A stretch of DNA of 15,381 nucleotides, from positions 1 to 15,381 of the forward strand of contig CAYYWT010000025.1 of the NCBI GenBank assembly GCA_964475435.1, in the 5' to 3' direction. The number at the start of each line of letters is the position of its first letter. Position 1 is the first letter of the stretch. This document shows, in pieces, positions 14,968 through 15,381 of this stretch. Under the pieces are notes generated by a model that was not told where the DNA came from, made no database searches, and saw only the letters and a program-made list of their open reading frames with translations. The position numbers were made by a program, and so were the translations under genes. Source of the DNA: an uncultured Eubacteriales bacterium. GTDB lineage: Bacteria; Bacillota; Clostridia; TANB77; RGIG9151.

Positions 14968-15381
14968 TTACTGCTTAGGATTAACCGCATAATAAGTCCC
15001 GGCAGGATTTTCAAGTTCAGAAATTTCCGTCGCTGTATACGAATTGCCCTCTTCGTCATACCATGTTTTATTAGGGAATGAAAGAGTATAGTTTTCTCCT
15101 ATTGTAATTCGATTTATATTGTTTGCATAAACAAACATATATCCAAAATCAGTTACATTTCTTGTATCGAAACTACTTAAATTTAAATTCGTTAAACTAC
15201 TACAGTCACGAAACATACTTATCATATTAGTTACGTTCTCTGTATTAAAGTTACTTAAATCTAACTCTGTTAATTTACTGCAACCAAAAAACATATCCTG
15301 CATATTAGTTACGTTCTCTGTATTAAAGTTACTCAAATCTAGTTCTGTTAAACTACTGCATCCAAAAAACATCCTAGCCAT
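14968..15381 (-). CDS. C-terminal part of a DUF285/BspA-type leucine-rich-repeat surface protein (5' end outside the window)
   Basis: 26-aa repeats L(T)ELDLSNFNTENVTNM..MF..CS.L are typical of DUF285/BspA-like LRRs. The first residues (MARMFFGCSS) are in register with the repeat, so the ORF almost certainly continues upstream of the window. Confidence 0.85.
   Translation of the reverse strand: MARMFFGCSSLTELDLSNFNTENVTNMQDMFFGCSKLTELDLSNFNTENVTNMISMFRDCSSLTNLNLSSFDTRNVTDFGYMFVYANNINRITIGENYTLSFPNKTWYDEEGNSYTATEISELENPAGTYYAVNPKQ
15223..15378 (-). repeat. Two near-identical tandem 78-bp units (a more diverged third unit lies at ~15145-15222) encoding the LRR repeats
   Basis: 15223-15300 and 15301-15378 share an identical first 33 nt (CATATTAGTTACGTTCTCTGTATTAAAGTTACT) and differ at only a few later positions. 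Confidence 0.8.

Noticed and set aside
14968-15381. Treating the LRR ORF as a complete 137-aa gene starting at the ATG on the window edge.
   Set aside because: The first residues are in register with the 26-aa repeat (NM..MF.GCS). There is no signal peptide, and no upstream sequence is available to show an SD. It is most likely an internal Met of a longer gene.
1-15381. CRISPR arrays, IS elements/transposases, integrases, prophage genes, toxin-antitoxin pairs or known defence-system genes.
   Set aside because: I found no direct-repeat/spacer arrays and no ORFs with such signatures. The nucleases present (YraN, beta-CASP MBL) and Pdp are conserved housekeeping types embedded in a core operon.

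Overview
This is a low-GC chromosomal core region, Firmicutes/Clostridia-like by inference from gene content and Shine-Dalgarno/extended -10 usage. It is transcribed almost entirely on the minus strand. In transcription order (high to low coordinates) it contains: a partial DUF285/BspA-type LRR surface protein; tRNA-Arg(UCU); an MscS channel; an untracked 38-codon membrane-peptide ORF; sigH; tRNA-Arg(ACG); and three Zn-ribbon r-protein genes in a row, rpmB (L28), rpmF (L32) and rpmG (L33, missing from the ORF track). These are followed by secE-nusG-rplK-rplA-(L10 leader)-rplJ-rplL. A bidirectional terminator and a convergent membrane pyrophosphatase gene (hppA, + strand) occupy the position where rpoBC is expected. 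A tight operon follows (hyp100-yraN-pdp-nrdR-beta-CASP MBL nuclease), then an orphan 108-aa gene and cysS. I see no CRISPR array, transposase, integrase, prophage or recognisable multi-gene defence system. The best candidate for something undescribed is non-coding. The 296 nt downstream of and convergent with cysS holds no credible ORF and folds into a long nested irregular hairpin (core 84-255, outer helix 49-66/269-287). It is capped by a GUAA tetraloop and contains switchable A/U tracts. Its closing-helix arms are homologous, with a compensatory change, to a second hairpin at 14900-14954. It could be a 6S-like or novel structured RNA, or a palindromic MITE/REP-type repeat family; I cannot decide between these without searches. 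Several ORF-track N-termini appear over-extended, and corrected starts are given. All promoter, terminator and RNA calls are made by eye from the sequence only.
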